From: an uncultured Gammaproteobacteria bacterium | Lineage (GTDB): Bacteria; Pseudomonadota; Gammaproteobacteria; JABCZS01 | Reading direction: 5' to 3' | DNA length: 64,000 nucleotides | Assembly (NCBI GenBank): GCA_963848305.1 | Contig: CAWKDC010000001.1 | Coordinates: 1,376,001 to 1,440,000 of the forward strand | In this document: positions 31,679 through 41,311 of the stretch, piece by piece | Numbering within the stretch: the first letter of the stretch is position 1 | How the letters are laid out: the number at the start of each line of letters is the position of its first letter | Translations under genes and position numbers: made by a program | Notes under the pieces: model-generated | What the model saw: only the letters and a program-made list of their open reading frames with translations | Database searches by the model: none | Told to the model about the DNA's origin: nothing

Positions 31679-32742
31679 ATGATCATATCTTTAAGACAAC
31701 TTCTCGATCACGCTGCAGAGCACGGTTATGGTATTCCAGCATTCAATGTCAATAATTTGGAACAAATGCGCGCGATGATGATGGCTGCGCACGACACCAA
31801 CAGTCCCGTGATTGTCCAAGCTTCAGCAGGTGCACGCAAATATGCCGGGCGCTTCATTTTTGCGTCATTTGATTTTAGCCGCGATAGAAGAATGGCCTCA
31901 TATCCCCGTTTGCATGCATCAAGATCATGGTTTTTCACCAGCAGTGTGTCAACGTTCGATTCAATTCGGTTTCAGTTCTGTGATGATGGATGGTTCCCTC
32001 AAAGAAGATGGTAAAACCCCCGCAAACTATGACTACAATGTGCATGTGACGCGTACAGTGGTTGACATGGCGCATGCATGTGGCGTTTCTGTGGAAGGTG
32101 AGTTAGGCTGTTTGGGTTCACTTGAAACCAACCGTGCCGGTGAAGAAGATGGTTCTGGCGCTGATGGACATTTTATCGCATGATCAAATGCTGACAGATC
32201 CGGAAGAAGCGGCACGTTTTGTGCGTGATACAAAAGTGGATGCATTGGCTATTGCGATTGGCACAAGCCATGGTGCATATAAATTTACGCGTCCACCGAC
32301 AGGGGATATTTTAGCGATTGATCGCATTAAAGCGATTCATGCCCGAATTCCTGATACGCATTTGGTCATGCACGGTTCTTCTTCTGTGCCCCAAGATTGG
32401 CTCAAAATCATCAATGAGTTTGGTGGCGACATGGGCCAAACTTACGGCGTGCCTGTCTCTGAGATTCAAGAAGGTATTAAACATGGCGTGCGTAAAATCA
32501 ACATTGACACGGATTTGCGCATGGCGTCTACTGGGGCGATCCGTCGATATCTGCACAAAAATCCCAAAGAATTTGATCCGCGCAAATACTTGGGCGAATC
32601 CGTGAAGGCGATGTACGATATTTGCAAAGCACGTTATGAAGCATTTGGCACTGCCGGTCAAGCCTCCAAGATTCAAGTACTTTCTTTGGAAAAAATGACT
32701 GAGCTGTATGCGACGGGAAAATTGGATCCGCGGGTGATGTGA
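31679..32742 (+). CDS. fba: Class II fructose-bisphosphate aldolase (two apparent frameshifts near 31849 and 32169)
   Basis: [53 protein letters not shown]. Confidence 0.95.
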
Positions 32743-32759
32743 TATTTCTTCTCTGATCG

Positions 32760-32896
32760 CGTCATCCCGGAAAACGCGAAGCGTTTATCCGGGATCCAAC
32801 TGGATCCCGGGTTCGCGCTGCGCGCACCCGGGATGACGAAATGAAGAAGGAATCGCGCCCTGGAAGACGAAATGAAGAAGGAAGCGCGCCCGGGAA
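32760..32896. repeat. RPE/REP-like palindromic element (CGTCATCCCGG...CCGGGATGACG) followed by two 31-bp tandem derivatives
   Basis: Terminal inverted repeat cgtcatcccgg / ccgggatgacg at 32760-32838 with internal hairpins; tandem gacgaaatgaagaaggaa(t/g)cgcgccc(t/g)ggaa at 32835-32896; lies between convergent fba and rho. Confidence 0.85.
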
Positions 32897-32919
32897 GAGA
32901 CATATGAAGGCTGCCTATT

Positions 32920-34185
32920 CTATTGTCGTTTCATCGACTCAAAAAACTCTTCATTCGTCTTCGTGTTCTTCAAGCGTTCGATCATGAACTCAGCCGCTGC
33001 AGCAGTTTCCATGGAGTGCAGCAATTTGCGAACAATGGTCATTTTCTTGAGTTCTTCAGGTTTGGTGATCAGATCGGCGCGGCGTGTGCTGCTGGAATGT
33101 AAATTCGCGGCAGGGAATACGCCTTTTTCAGCAATACGGCGCTCTAAATGCAATTCCATATTACCGGTACCTTTAAATTCTTCATAAATCACTTCGTCCA
33201 TCTTCGAGCCTGTGTCGACCAGGCAAGTGGCGATGATCGTCAAGCTGCCGCCTTCTTCCACGTTACGTGCAGCACCAAAAAAGCGTTTAGGACGTTGCAA
33301 GGCATTGGCATCCACACCACCGGTGAGGACTTTACCAGAAGAGGGTGCTACCGCATTGTAGGCACGGGCTAAACGGGTGATGGAATCCAACAAAATGACG
33401 ACGTCGTGTTTATGTTCTACCAAGCGTTTTGCCTTTTCAATCACCATTTCGGCGATTTGAACGTGACGGGTAGGCGGTTCATCGAACGTAGAGGCAATGA
33501 CTTCGCCGCGAACAGAGCGCTCCATTTCGGTCACTTCTTCAGGGCGTTCGTCAATCAACAATACGATTAAATAGCATTCGGGATGATTTTGCGCAATCGA
33601 CTGGGCGATATTTTGCAGCATCATTGTTTTACCGGCTTTTGGCGGCGAAACAATCAAAGCTCGCTGGCCTTTGCCACAGGGTGAAATCAAGTCGATGATG
33701 CGGGAAGTGATATCTTCGGTAGACCCATTGCCTCGTTCCATGCGCAAACGCTCATTGGGGAAGAGGGGGGTAAGGTTTTCAAATAAGACTTTATTGCGGC
33801 AGTTTTCAGCTGGCTCAAAATTGACTTTATCCACTTTGAGCAAAGCAAAATAGCGCTCACCTTCTTTGGGCATGCGGATAGGCCCAACAACATGGTCGCC
33901 CGTCTGAAGGCCTAAGCGGCGTATTTGGGCGGGGGAGACGTAGATATCGTCAGAACCTGCCAGGTACGATGCTTTGGGTGAGCGTAGGAAGCCATAGCCA
34001 TCTTGTAGCACCTCCAGGACGCCTTCCCCAATCACTTCTTCGCCATTTTGGGCAAAGTCTTTGAGGATGATGAAAATAAGGTCTTGCTTGCGCACACGGC
34101 CAATGTTGTCCGCGTGGCTTTTATTAGCAAGGGTCATGAGTTCTTGGACAGATTTACTTTGTAGATCATCGAGATGGGTTGTCAT
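32920..34185 (-). CDS. rho: Transcription termination factor Rho
   Basis: [50 protein letters not shown]. Confidence 0.98.
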   Translation of the reverse strand: MTTHLDDLQSKSVQELMTLANKSHADNIGRVRKQDLIFIILKDFAQNGEEVIGEGVLEVLQDGYGFLRSPKASYLAGSDDIYVSPAQIRRLGLQTGDHVVGPIRMPKEGERYFALLKVDKVNFEPAENCRNKVLFENLTPLFPNERLRMERGNGSTEDITSRIIDLISPCGKGQRALIVSPPKAGKTMMLQNIAQSIAQNHPECYLIVLLIDERPEEVTEMERSVRGEVIASTFDEPPTRHVQIAEMVIEKAKRLVEHKHDVVILLDSITRLARAYNAVAPSSGKVLTGGVDANALQRPKRFFGAARNVEEGGSLTIIATCLVDTGSKMDEVIYEEFKGTGNMELHLERRIAEKGVFPAANLHSSSTRRADLITKPEELKKMTIVRKLLHSMETAAAAEFMIERLKNTKTNEEFFESMKRQ

Positions 34186-34304
34186 GGTATGGATTTCTTA
34201 ACACAGTGATTGAAGAGTAAGGGTTACTTTGTTTTTGCGCACCCACGGGGAGTACTTGTGTAAAGATACCAGAGATATCCAAAAAAATCCAGCATTTTCT
34301 CACC

Positions 34305-34472
34305 TTAATGGTTTTTTTCCTTGGTTCTTGATATGTTAGGTGCATGAAATTCAGTCAAACTGTACAAATAGGCGCAGCAATGATCTAGGAACAATTCTGA
34401 CAGGGTTTGAGGTTTAGCCGGAGGAGGGCTGTCCTCGGGACTGTGGGTGTTAAGGTAGGGTTTTTCGGTCAT
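34305..34472 (-). CDS. Possible small ORF (55 aa) upstream of rho
   Basis: ATG preceded by GAGG and a TTGACA-N18-TATAGT-like promoter; MTEKPYLNTHSPEDSPPPAKPQ...; no homology recognised. Confidence 0.35.
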   Translation of the reverse strand: MTEKPYLNTHSPEDSPPPAKPQTLSELFLDHCCAYLYSLTEFHAPNISRTKEKNH

Positions 34473-34602
34473 GACTACGTACCTCTAATTCGCATCGCAC
34501 TATAATACAAAAAAATGTCAGTTGTCAATCATTTCCACTAGATATTTATTTTTTAATTTGGTAGAATCCCGAACCCCTTCATTTATCCTTGCGAGGTTTC
34601 AC

Positions 34603-36366
34603 ATGTCTGTTCCCGCGCTGCCTAGATCCGTTTTGCCCTTTCTGTGGCATTATTTGCGCAATAAAAAATGGGCTCTCGCATCCTTCGTGCTGATCGCGCT
34701 GGTTTGGGCGATTGAAATGTCGCTCTCACCGTATTTGATTAAAATCATCGTCGATAAAGTGGCCATGTATCATAGCGATTATCCCTTGTTGGTGCAACAG
34801 GTTATGTGGCCCGCCATTTTTTACGCTGGGATGACTTTGTTGTTGGGTCTCAATTTCCGATTTTTTGATTACGTGCAATTGCGTATCTATCCTGAGATCA
34901 AATCTGGCATCACGCAAGACATGTTTGATTATTTGCTGCACCATTCACATGGTTATTTTCAAAACCATTTTGCGGGAGCGCTCACGAAGAAAATTTTCGA
35001 CATGGTTACTTATGGCGAGCAGATGATACAGATTGTGAATGAATGGTTTTATCCTCGTGCCTTTGCGCTGATCATTGCGAGTGCCATGTTATGGAAAGTG
35101 GTACATCCGATATTGGGGGTTATTTTGTTTGTGTGGACATCATTGTTCATTTTAGGATCTTATTACGCCGCAAAGCTCGGGGAGAAATATGCCAAGCATG
35201 TGGCCGAATGTGGCGTCAAGATGTCGGGTTCTGTATCAGACTCCGTGTCGAATGTGATCAGCACCAAATTGTTTTACAATTTAACGCACGAAAGTCAGCG
35301 CATTCGTCGCGCATTGCAGGAATTAGTCGATGCGGATAGGCAATTGCTGTGGTTTAACTTGAAGAGTCAGTTTTATCAAGGTATGTCTATCCTGGTGTTA
35401 GTGGTGACCTTGTTAATCTTTTTGATTCATGGTGTGGGCAGTGGTTGGGTGTCTGCGGGTGATTTTGCGATGGTGTTGACACTCTCGTCGTGGATGGCAC
35501 AATCTGTGTGGGATATTGGCAAACAAATGCTCGAATTATCGAAAGCCACCGGGGCATGTCAACAAGCGTTGAGCTTTATCATGGAACCTCATGACATTGT
35601 GGATGTGCCTGGTGCAAAGGAACTGGTCGTCACTGCAGGCAAGATTGAATTTGATCAGGTGTCACATGCCTATTCGGGTAGTCCTGTGATCTTTAAAGAT
35701 TTGTCAGTGACGATCCATCCAGGTGAAAAAGTTGGTTTGGTCGGATATTCGGGTGGAGGTAAATCCACCTTCATGCGATTGATTTTGCGTTTGATGGATA
35801 TCAAATCGGGTGCTATCAAGATTGACGGGCAAAATATTGCTACCGTCACGAAAGCATCTTTGCGTAAAAATATCAGCACGATCCCCCAAGAGACGGAATT
35901 GTTTCACCGCAGTATTTTGGAAAATATTCGTTTTGCAAGACCTGATGCCACAGATGATGAAGTGATCCTCGCAGCACAGAAAGCTTGTTGTGATGAGTTT
36001 ATTCAAGCCTTGCCGGATAAATATGAGTCTCTGGTGGGTGAGCGTGGTGTAAAGTTATCCGGTGGTCAACGTCAGCGTATTGCCATTGCCCGCGCCTTTT
36101 TGAAAAACGCGCCGATCCTATTATTGGATGAGGCCACGTCTGCGCTTGATACCGCCACGGAGCAGCTGATCCAGCAAAGCTTACATGAAGTCATGAAGCA
36201 TAAAACCACCATTGTGATTGCGCACCGGTTATCGACCTTGAAAGACATGGACCGAATTCTGTTTTTTGACAAGGGCGCGATTGTGGAGCAGGGTTCATTG
36301 GATGAACTGTTGGCCAATTCCCAGGGCCAGTTTTATCAGCTCTGGCATATGCAGCAGCGAGGGTAA
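34603..36366 (+). CDS. ABC transporter, fused permease/ATPase (MsbA/Sav1866-like exporter)
   Basis: N-terminal TM domain; GYSGGGKST, LSGGQRQRIAIARA, LLDEATSALD, IAHRLST. Confidence 0.93.
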   Translation: MSVPALPRSVLPFLWHYLRNKKWALASFVLIALVWAIEMSLSPYLIKIIVDKVAMYHSDYPLLVQQVMWPAIFYAGMTLLLGLNFRFFDYVQLRIYPEIKSGITQDMFDYLLHHSHGYFQNHFAGALTKKIFDMVTYGEQMIQIVNEWFYPRAFALIIASAMLWKVVHPILGVILFVWTSLFILGSYYAAKLGEKYAKHVAECGVKMSGSVSDSVSNVISTKLFYNLTHESQRIRRALQELVDADRQLLWFNLKSQFYQGMSILVLVVTLLIFLIHGVGSGWVSAGDFAMVLTLSSWMAQSVWDIGKQMLELSKATGACQQALSFIMEPHDIVDVPGAKELVVTAGKIEFDQVSHAYSGSPVIFKDLSVTIHPGEKVGLVGYSGGGKSTFMRLILRLMDIKSGAIKIDGQNIATVTKASLRKNISTIPQETELFHRSILENIRFARPDATDDEVILAAQKACCDEFIQALPDKYESLVGERGVKLSGGQRQRIAIARAFLKNAPILLLDEATSALDTATEQLIQQSLHEVMKHKTTIVIAHRLSTLKDMDRILFFDKGAIVEQGSLDELLANSQGQFYQLWHMQQRG

Positions 36367-36524
36367 TTGACACATTGCCTCAACAACTGAATCAACTGCG
36401 AATTTAAAAAGGCAAGCATTATTTATTAAATTCAATGGGTTATGATTTTTCTGTATTTTTAGGGAGTATGCTCCTTGAAAATCGTATTTTTAGGGAGTAT
36501 ACATCCTTGTGGATGGGGGGGGAT

Positions 36525-37172
36525 ATGAACTACATCAGACGGTTGCATTATTTAGAAAAGTTTGCGCGATTTATGGATGTGTGTGCATCTAGCCACGGAG
36601 AATTATTGAATTACACGAATATTGCAAGAGACTGCGCTATTGATGCAAAGACAGTAAAAGCTTACTATCAGATATTGGTCGATACGCTGATTGGATATTT
36701 TGTTTATCCCTTTTATAAAAAATCAAAACGAAATCATTTATCGGAAACCCCGAAATTTTATTTATTTGATGTCGGTGTTGCGCAGTACCTGCAAAAAATT
36801 CAAATCCATCAACTCTCAGGCATTGAAGCAGGCAATGCTTTTGAACATTTCATTTTCACTGAATTGATGGCATATAGTTATTATTCGGAAAAATATTTGG
36901 ATATTCGTTTTTGGAGAACGTCTACAGGATTGGAAGTGGATTTTATCTTGGGTGCAGGGAAGGTGGCAATAGAGTGCAAGATTGATTCAAGGGTGCATGC
37001 GTCTGATGTTAAGGGATTATATGCATTTTGTGAAGATTACCATCCTGAAAAAGCAATTGTCGTTAGCCAAGATGTGAGCGCCCGGCGTCTTGTGACTGGG
37101 CATCATACGCCGATTGATATCATTCCCTGGCAAGATTTTTTAACGCGATTGTGGGCAGGGGAGATTATTTAA
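36525..37172 (+). pseudogene. AAA_14/DUF4143-type ATPase lacking its ATPase domain (wHTH plus nuclease-like C-terminus only)
   Basis: PKFYLFDVG, GNAFE, FWRTSTGLEVDF...IECK present; no Walker A/B; N-terminal MNYIRR joined directly to the central region. Confidence 0.7.
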
Positions 37173-37245
37173 TGACCTCTATTGGCATGTGGATGCGCTT
37201 TGGCTGGGAGAGAGATGAGAAAAATGTTAAATAACGCTTAGTAGA

Positions 37246-37812
37246 TCAATCCCCGGTATGCAACTTCTTCATCGCGTCTTGCCATTTTCCCTGCAGGACA
37301 TCAGGCATGACTTGTAAGGCTTGAATGATCGCATGATCGATGGCTTTTTTTTCATCAGTGCGTGGTTTTTTCAAGACATAATCCACAACGTCTTTTGCAT
37401 TGCCAGGGTGCCCAATGCCAATGCGCAGGCGGTGAAAATGCGGCGTGCCTAATAATTGGATGATATGACGTAAACCATTATGGCCGCCATGGCCGCCGCC
37501 GATTTTGAGACGAGCAGTGCCTGGGGGCAAATCAAGTTCATCATGGACGACAAGGATATTTTCAGGGGGAATTTTGTAAAATTGGGCGACAGCGAGTAAC
37601 GCTTTGCCACTTTCATTCATGTAAGTGGTCGGGATCATCACGCGGCAAGGTTGCCCATGTAGATTGAGTGATGCCATTTGGCAAAACAGTTTAGCTTCCA
37701 GTTTGAGGGAAGTGTTGCCGAGTAAAGCATCCACAAACCACGCGCCCGCATTGTGACGTGTGTTTACGTATTCGGAACCGGGGTTGGCGAGGCCGATGAT
37801 GAGTTGAATCAT
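37246..37812 (-). CDS. pth: Peptidyl-tRNA hydrolase
   Basis: GLANPG.EY..TRHNAG, TYMNESG, HDELD, GGHNGL, RLRIGIG. Confidence 0.97.
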   Translation of the reverse strand: MIQLIIGLANPGSEYVNTRHNAGAWFVDALLGNTSLKLEAKLFCQMASLNLHGQPCRVMIPTTYMNESGKALLAVAQFYKIPPENILVVHDELDLPPGTARLKIGGGHGGHNGLRHIIQLLGTPHFHRLRIGIGHPGNAKDVVDYVLKKPRTDEKKAIDHAIIQALQVMPDVLQGKWQDAMKKLHTGD

Positions 37813-37826
37813 GAGGAGATCCTGTG

Positions 37827-37880
37827 TTGTAGGGGTGCAGCATTAATACTGATGTTCGCACATCAAGGGCGCCCCTACAA
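37827..37880. repeat. GTAG-type REP-like palindrome between rplY and pth
   Basis: ttgtaggggtgc ... gcgcccctacaa inverted ends with internal tgatgt/acatca stem. Confidence 0.65.
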
Positions 37881-37897
37881 AACACGTTATTTTGAGG

Positions 37898-38611
37898 TTA
37901 GGGCTGCCCTTCTTCCTTCGGCTTCAATGCATCTTCCAATTCCGCAGCTTCAGGATGTTCCGCTAAATATGCTGCATGTTCAGCAGCTTTCAAGGCTTCT
38001 TCAGCAGCATCAGCATCTAAATCTTCCTTCCCTTCTTTGATCACATGTGCGGAGACCACGGGGCGATCATGAGATTCGCCGAGATCCAATTCTGGAATCG
38101 TTACGCCTTTGGGCAACTTGATTTGTGACAAATGCAGGGCATCATCGACATCCATGCTGGAAACATCAACTTCGATGAATTCAGGCAAGTCGCGTGGCAA
38201 GCACTTGACTTCAACGTTCGTCATCACGTGGGTGAATTTCGCTTCCTTCTGCGCGGCAGGTGAATTTTCTTCGCCGATGAAATGCAAGGGAACATGCAAG
38301 GTGATGGGTTCGTTTGCTTTCACGCGTAAGAAATCCATGTGCAGTACACGGGCTTTGAAAGGATGGCGTTGCACGTCTTTCAACACAACATCTTCTTTTT
38401 TGCCATCAATTTTCAGGCTGAGAATGTGTGAATAGAACCCTTCATGTTCTAAATGTTTCATCACTTCTTTGTGCTCGAGTGTCAGCGGAGTGGCATTTTT
38501 GCCAGCACCGTAAACAATCGCAGGCACTTTGTTCGCGTGACGTAGGCGGCGGCTCGCACCCCTCCCAGCGTCTGAGCGCGTTTGCGCTTCGATTTCGTAG
38601 GTATGATTCAT
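37898..38611 (-). CDS. rplY: 50S ribosomal protein L25 / general stress protein Ctc
   Basis: GRGASRRLR...VPAIVYG, QRHP..HMDF, LPEFIEVD. Confidence 0.96.
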   Translation of the reverse strand: MNHTYEIEAQTRSDAGRGASRRLRHANKVPAIVYGAGKNATPLTLEHKEVMKHLEHEGFYSHILSLKIDGKKEDVVLKDVQRHPFKARVLHMDFLRVKANEPITLHVPLHFIGEENSPAAQKEAKFTHVMTNVEVKCLPRDLPEFIEVDVSSMDVDDALHLSQIKLPKGVTIPELDLGESHDRPVVSAHVIKEGKEDLDADAAEEALKAAEHAAYLAEHPEAAELEDALKPKEEGQP

Positions 38612-38660
38612 GATTAACTCCAACTAGATTTAGGTTTGCCCCGCGACCAGGGCACATATA

Positions 38661-39614
38661 TTACTCTGGGAACATACTGCTTAAAGATTCTGCTCCGTGA
38701 ATGCGTCGAATGGCTTCGGACAAAAGCCCGACCAAGCTGATTTGACGTATTTTCGGGCAACTTAAAGCCTCGTTTTTCAACAAGATGGTATCGGTGACGA
38801 CCAATTCATCCAGCGCGGACGCTTGGATATTGTTCACAGCCTTGCCGGACAACACCGCATGGGTGCAGTACGCGGTGACCCCGATCGCGCCACGGTTCTT
38901 CAAGACAGCAGCAGCGGTGCAGAGGGTGCCAGCGGTATCCACAATGTCGTCGACGATTATACACGATTTTCCGGAAACATCACCAATAATGTTCATCACT
39001 TCGCTTTCATTAGGGCGAGGGCGGCGTTTATCGATGATGGCCAGATCCGCGTCGTTCAGGCGTTTGGCAATCGCTCGGGTCACGACCCCGCCCACATCAG
39101 GTGAGACAACCACTAGATTGCCTTGATTCTGCGTATTCAGGTCAGCCAATAAAACAGGAGAGGCATAAACGTTATCCACGGGCATATCAAAGAAGCCCTG
39201 GATTTGTTCCGCATGTAAATCAACTGTCACGACACGGCAAATGCCGACGGATGCCAGCATATCCGCCACCACTTTGGCGGTGATGGGCACGCGGCTCGAG
39301 CGCACGCGGCGATCTTGCCGAGCATAGCCAAAATAAGGGATAACAGCTGTGATGCTGAGGGCGGAAGCGCGTCTCAGTGCATCAGCCATGATGATGAGTT
39401 CCATCAGGTTCTCGTTGGCGGGCGCATGGGTGGATTGAACAATGAACACGTCCTGTCCACGCACATTTTCTAGGATTTCGACTTGTGTTTCGCCGTCGCT
39501 GAAGCGACCGACATTGGCTTTCCCAATGGGCACTTTCAGATGTTGTGCAATGGCACGGGCCATGGCGGGGTTGGCATTACCGGTAAAAATGGTGAAATTA
39601 TTTTGATGTGACAC
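38661..39614 (-). CDS. prs: Ribose-phosphate pyrophosphokinase
   Basis: [44 protein letters not shown]. Confidence 0.97.
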   Translation of the reverse strand: MSHQNNFTIFTGNANPAMARAIAQHLKVPIGKANVGRFSDGETQVEILENVRGQDVFIVQSTHAPANENLMELIIMADALRRASALSITAVIPYFGYARQDRRVRSSRVPITAKVVADMLASVGICRVVTVDLHAEQIQGFFDMPVDNVYASPVLLADLNTQNQGNLVVVSPDVGGVVTRAIAKRLNDADLAIIDKRRPRPNESEVMNIIGDVSGKSCIIVDDIVDTAGTLCTAAAVLKNRGAIGVTAYCTHAVLSGKAVNNIQASALDELVVTDTILLKNEALSCPKIRQISLVGLLSEAIRRIHGAESLSSMFPE

Positions 39615-39647
39615 CGGCCAACCTCTGCATTTTGATGGTGGAAAATT

Positions 39648-39722
39648 TGGCTGGGGTGCTAGGATTCGAACCTAGGTATGCGGGGATCAAAACCCCGTGC
39701 CTTACCGCTTGGCGACACCCCA
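39648..39722 (-). tRNA. tRNA-Gln (TTG)
   Basis: TGGGGTGTCGCCAAGCGGTAAGGCACGGGGTTTTGATCCCCGCATACCTAGGTTCGAATCCTAGCACCCCAGCCA: cloverleaf, TTG anticodon, GTTCGAATC T-loop, encoded CCA; typical ispE-tRNA-Gln-prs context. Confidence 0.97.
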
Positions 39723-40544
39723 AATGCTTGGCAGCTGATTCATGCCTTGCGCGACAAATCCTACCACTTGTGAATCGATTTGTCCAATGCATTTTTCAGC
39801 TTTTTCTCGCGATTCGCACGCCACAAAAAAAGCAGAGCCGGAGCCGGTAAGTTTGGGTTCCCCAAAAGGCTTCAGAGCATCGATTGTGTCATGCAATTCA
39901 GGGAAATGCTTCAACAACACGGGTAAAAAATCGTTGTGTGTCTCGGCCCCTGCGCGATAGTCGGCTATTGTCAGCGGTTTAGTGTTTCTTGTCAACAGGG
40001 GATCGCGAAAAAGGGTGGTGGTATTGGCATGGATATTCGGTTTGACTATCGCGTACCAACAGGGAGGGAGATCAATGGGGGTGAGGATATCGCCTACCCC
40101 CTCCCCAAACGCAGAATGACCGAATACAAACACAGGCACATCGGCCCCGAGTGCCAATCCCTGTGCCATCAATTCGGTCTGGCTGAGGTTCAGTCCCCAT
40201 AAATGGTTTAGCACGTGAAGGGTGGTGGCGGCATTTGAGCTGCCGCCGCCCATGCCCGCACCCATGGGGATGCGCTTGTCCAGGCGAATGTTGACACCTT
40301 GCAGCCCAGGGCGCCACAGGGCACGTGCGGCTTTAAGGATAAGGTTGGTGTCAGGGGGGATATTGGGGGTGTTATCGGTCAGGAGGATTTGCGGATCTTT
40401 TCGCAGGGAAAATGTCAAAGTGTCATGTAAATCAATCAGTTGAAAAACAGTTTGCAACAGATGGTAGCCATCCTCTCGCTTGCCGACAATATGCAGGAAC
40501 AGGTTCAGTTTAGCGGGGCTTTGAGCGGTGATGGTGTCTTTCAT
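39702..40544 (-). CDS. ispE: 4-diphosphocytidyl-2-C-methyl-D-erythritol kinase
   Basis: PAKLNLFL, GYHLLQT, KRIPMGAGMGGGSSNAA, GADVP, LTGSGS. Confidence 0.96.
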   Translation of the reverse strand: MKDTITAQSPAKLNLFLHIVGKREDGYHLLQTVFQLIDLHDTLTFSLRKDPQILLTDNTPNIPPDTNLILKAARALWRPGLQGVNIRLDKRIPMGAGMGGGSSNAATTLHVLNHLWGLNLSQTELMAQGLALGADVPVFVFGHSAFGEGVGDILTPIDLPPCWYAIVKPNIHANTTTLFRDPLLTRNTKPLTIADYRAGAETHNDFLPVLLKHFPELHDTIDALKPFGEPKLTGSGSAFFVACESREKAEKCIGQIDSQVVGFVAQGMNQLPSIWGVAKR

Positions 40545-40559
40545 AAAGGAAATAGTCTG

Positions 40560-41192
40560 TTAATGCCCCGATAAATGCGCATTCCATTCGTGGATACTGA
40601 GCGTGATGGTTACATCAGGGTGTTTCAACACGATTTTGCCAGGCAAACGGTAGCGGTCGTGGGTTGCAAATGCTTCATATTGAATGTGCCAACCTTGCTG
40701 CTTTAGGCTGCGCAAGTCCCCATTGGGTGAAATATTCAAGTCATAGGCAAAGTGGGGGTCAGGCCGTCCTAATACCCAGTAGCGCAAGCTGGAGATAGGC
40801 AGTTCATAGTCTGTATGGCGGCTTAATAGCTCTTCAGGCGATTTGGCTGTATCGACAATCCCTTTTGAATCCTTGTATGAAATACTGCTGGGATTTCCTC
40901 GTAAGAAAATCGTGCCTTGATTGAGCGGGCCAGACAGTTTCAATAAATAATCGTTGTGTTGCTGCAACCAGCTAAGGCTGGCACTATCGGCTTTGTTGTG
41001 GGTGCGAACCGAGAAGCGGCCTTCAAAATGCCAAGATTCGAGATTGGAAATTCTGTCCTGATTTCGGTCAAAGGCCTGGTCGCGGTCTATGCCGGATAGA
41101 TTGGCATCACTGCTGGAAGGCGACTGAGCACAGCCAGAGGCCAAAAGGGCTGCCAGCAGCATCATAAAAGTATGTTTGATGAATAAATTCAT
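40560..41192 (-). CDS. lolB: Outer membrane lipoprotein LolB
   Basis: Lipobox ASGC, LPISSLRYWVLG.P, LKQQGWHIQY, LPGKI; upstream of ispE. Confidence 0.92.
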   Translation of the reverse strand: MNLFIKHTFMMLLAALLASGCAQSPSSSDANLSGIDRDQAFDRNQDRISNLESWHFEGRFSVRTHNKADSASLSWLQQHNDYLLKLSGPLNQGTIFLRGNPSSISYKDSKGIVDTAKSPEELLSRHTDYELPISSLRYWVLGRPDPHFAYDLNISPNGDLRSLKQQGWHIQYEAFATHDRYRLPGKIVLKHPDVTITLSIHEWNAHLSGH

Positions 41193-41311
41193 TGAAGATC
41201 CTTCACATTTAGTGGTCTACTGACATGATAGCATAATGGTGCGATACAGATTAGCGCGCAGAACATTAAGAGTATATAATATCCTCTTCATCTTCAGAGT
41301 GAGGCAGTATC

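Noticed and set aside
18434-32742. polA, tkt, pgk and fba (also parC) as true pseudogenes or programmed frameshifts
   Set aside because: Motifs are intact on both sides of each 1-2 nt indel, there are no in-frame stops or obvious slippery sites, and several genes are essential; consensus error is the simplest explanation.
39648-39722. tRNA-Gln as integration site of a genomic island
   Set aside because: No duplicated tRNA 3' end or integrase was seen, and the flanks are the normal ispE and prs genes.
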